A stretch of DNA of 63,696 bases, filler included, from Chiloscyllium plagiosum (taxonomy: Eukaryota): the NCBI RefSeq assembly GCF_004010195.1. It is 4 parts of 2 records of this genome, joined end to end, with 100 filler letters (N's around TTAATTAATTAA, not from the genome) between each part and the next. Parts side by side here need not be neighbours in the genome. Positions count along the whole stretch, not along the records: positions 62,661 to 63,696 come from NC_057715.1; 3 more parts are not named here. One strand, given 5' to 3'. Shown piece after piece: positions 62,661-63,696 of the stretch (position 1 is its first letter; each line of letters begins with the position of its first letter). Under the pieces are notes generated by a model, which made no database searches, was not told the DNA's origin, and saw only the letters and a program-made list of their open reading frames with translations. The translations under genes and the position numbers were made by a program.

Positions 62661-63152
62661 TGGTCGGTACGGCGGGAAAGGAAGAAGCGGAGGGCTTTGA
62701 GTCCTTCGTGATGGGGGATGGAGGTGTACAGGGACTGGATGTCCATGGTGAAGATAAGGTGTTGGGGACCGGGGAAGCGAAAATCATGGAGGAGGTGGAG
62801 GGCATGGGTGGTGTCCCGAACGTAGGTGGGGAGTTCTTGGAGTAAGGGGGACAGGACCATGTCGAGGTATGCAGAGATGAGTTCGGTGGGGCAGGAGCAG
62901 GCGGAAACAATGGGTCGGCCGAGGCAGTCAGGTTTGTGGATTTTGGGCAGGAGGTAGAAGCGGGCGGTGCGGGGTTGTGGAACTATGAGATTGGAGGCGG
63001 TGGATGGGAGGCCACCGCTGAGGCCAAACGCCAGCTCGCAGATACCTCCTCCTACTGGCCCCTTGACCATGACCCCACCACCAAACCATCATCTCCCAGA
63101 CCATCCATAACCTCATCACCTCGGGGGATCTCCCATCCACCGCCTCCAACCT
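62661..63152 (-). mobile_element. Penelope-like element reverse transcriptase fragment with an inverted 5' segment
   Basis: Minus strand: PRTARFYLLPKIHKPDCLGRPIVSACSCPTELISAYLD...YVRDTTHAL...IFTMDIQSLYTSIPH (PLE RT). 63013-63152 carries the upstream ORF part on the plus strand. Confidence 0.9.
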
Positions 63153-63407
63153 GAATTCAACCCCTGGCCAAATATTAATCATCCAGCTGAGACCACAGTT
63201 TTCACTTTGCAGTTTGTTGTGTGCAATTTGTTGCATTTCCAGCAATTTCGAGAAGTGGCAATTTTGAAAATCTTGAAACGTTTCGAAAGATTCCGCGTTG
63301 CGAAAAGAGACTTAGTTCACTTGGGCAAAAAAATAAAGCCAGCGGGGGTGGAACACCTTAAGGGAGTTGGCTTTTCACTGATTTTTCATCTCACTCAGGC
63401 TGCCTTA

Positions 63408-63696
63408 TTGGAATTGATGTAGTTTTATTGGAGTTGCTGAAGCTGTACTGCAGGTGATGGAGTTGGTGTAGTTTTATTGGAGTTAGTACATGATTTAGTT
63501 GCTGTAGTTTTATAGGAGGTGACGGAGTTAATGCTGTTGTATTGGAGTTGATGGAGTTGGTGTAGTTTTATTGAGGTTGATGGAGTTGTATCGGAGGTGA
63601 TAGAGTTAATGTAGTTGTTTTGGAGATGTATTGTAGGTGATGTAGTTGTTTTGGAGTTGTATTGTAGGTGATGTAGTTGTTTTGCAGATGTATTGT
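63408..63696. repeat. Degenerate G/T-rich tandem repeat (about 30-40 bp units), continuing off the window
   Basis: Recurring GGTGATGGAGTTGGTGTAGTTTTATTGGAGTT and GTAGGTGATGTAGTTGTTTTGGAGATGTATT. Confidence 0.8.

Overview
Repeat-dense vertebrate genomic DNA, almost certainly from a shark. The evidence is many HE1-type tRNA SINEs, HER1/CR1 LINEs and SacSINE1-type DeuSINEs; the species cannot be fixed from sequence alone. Three 100-nt spacers (N44-TTAATTAATTAA-N44) split the window into four possibly unrelated pieces: 1-27087, 27188-53672, 53773-62560 and 62661-63696. The only host gene I can support is NAPRT (nicotinate phosphoribosyltransferase) on the minus strand, with coding exon 1 at 50231-50024 and exon 2 at 41347-41220; I found no later exons. 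Just past exon 2 lies a ~13 kb array of a 33-bp satellite. Its unit matches an internal segment of the DeuSINE, and the array ends in a SINE-head remnant. A 152-bp copy of NAPRT exon 1 sits inside a LINE in intron 1. More than a dozen Penelope-like pseudo-LTR fragments carry minimal type-I hammerhead ribozyme motifs, several as inverted pairs with 9-14 bp target-site duplications. The rest is nested, decayed LINE, SINE and LTR sequence. Repeat boundaries were read by eye and are approximate; family names come from recalled consensus sequences, not a database search.
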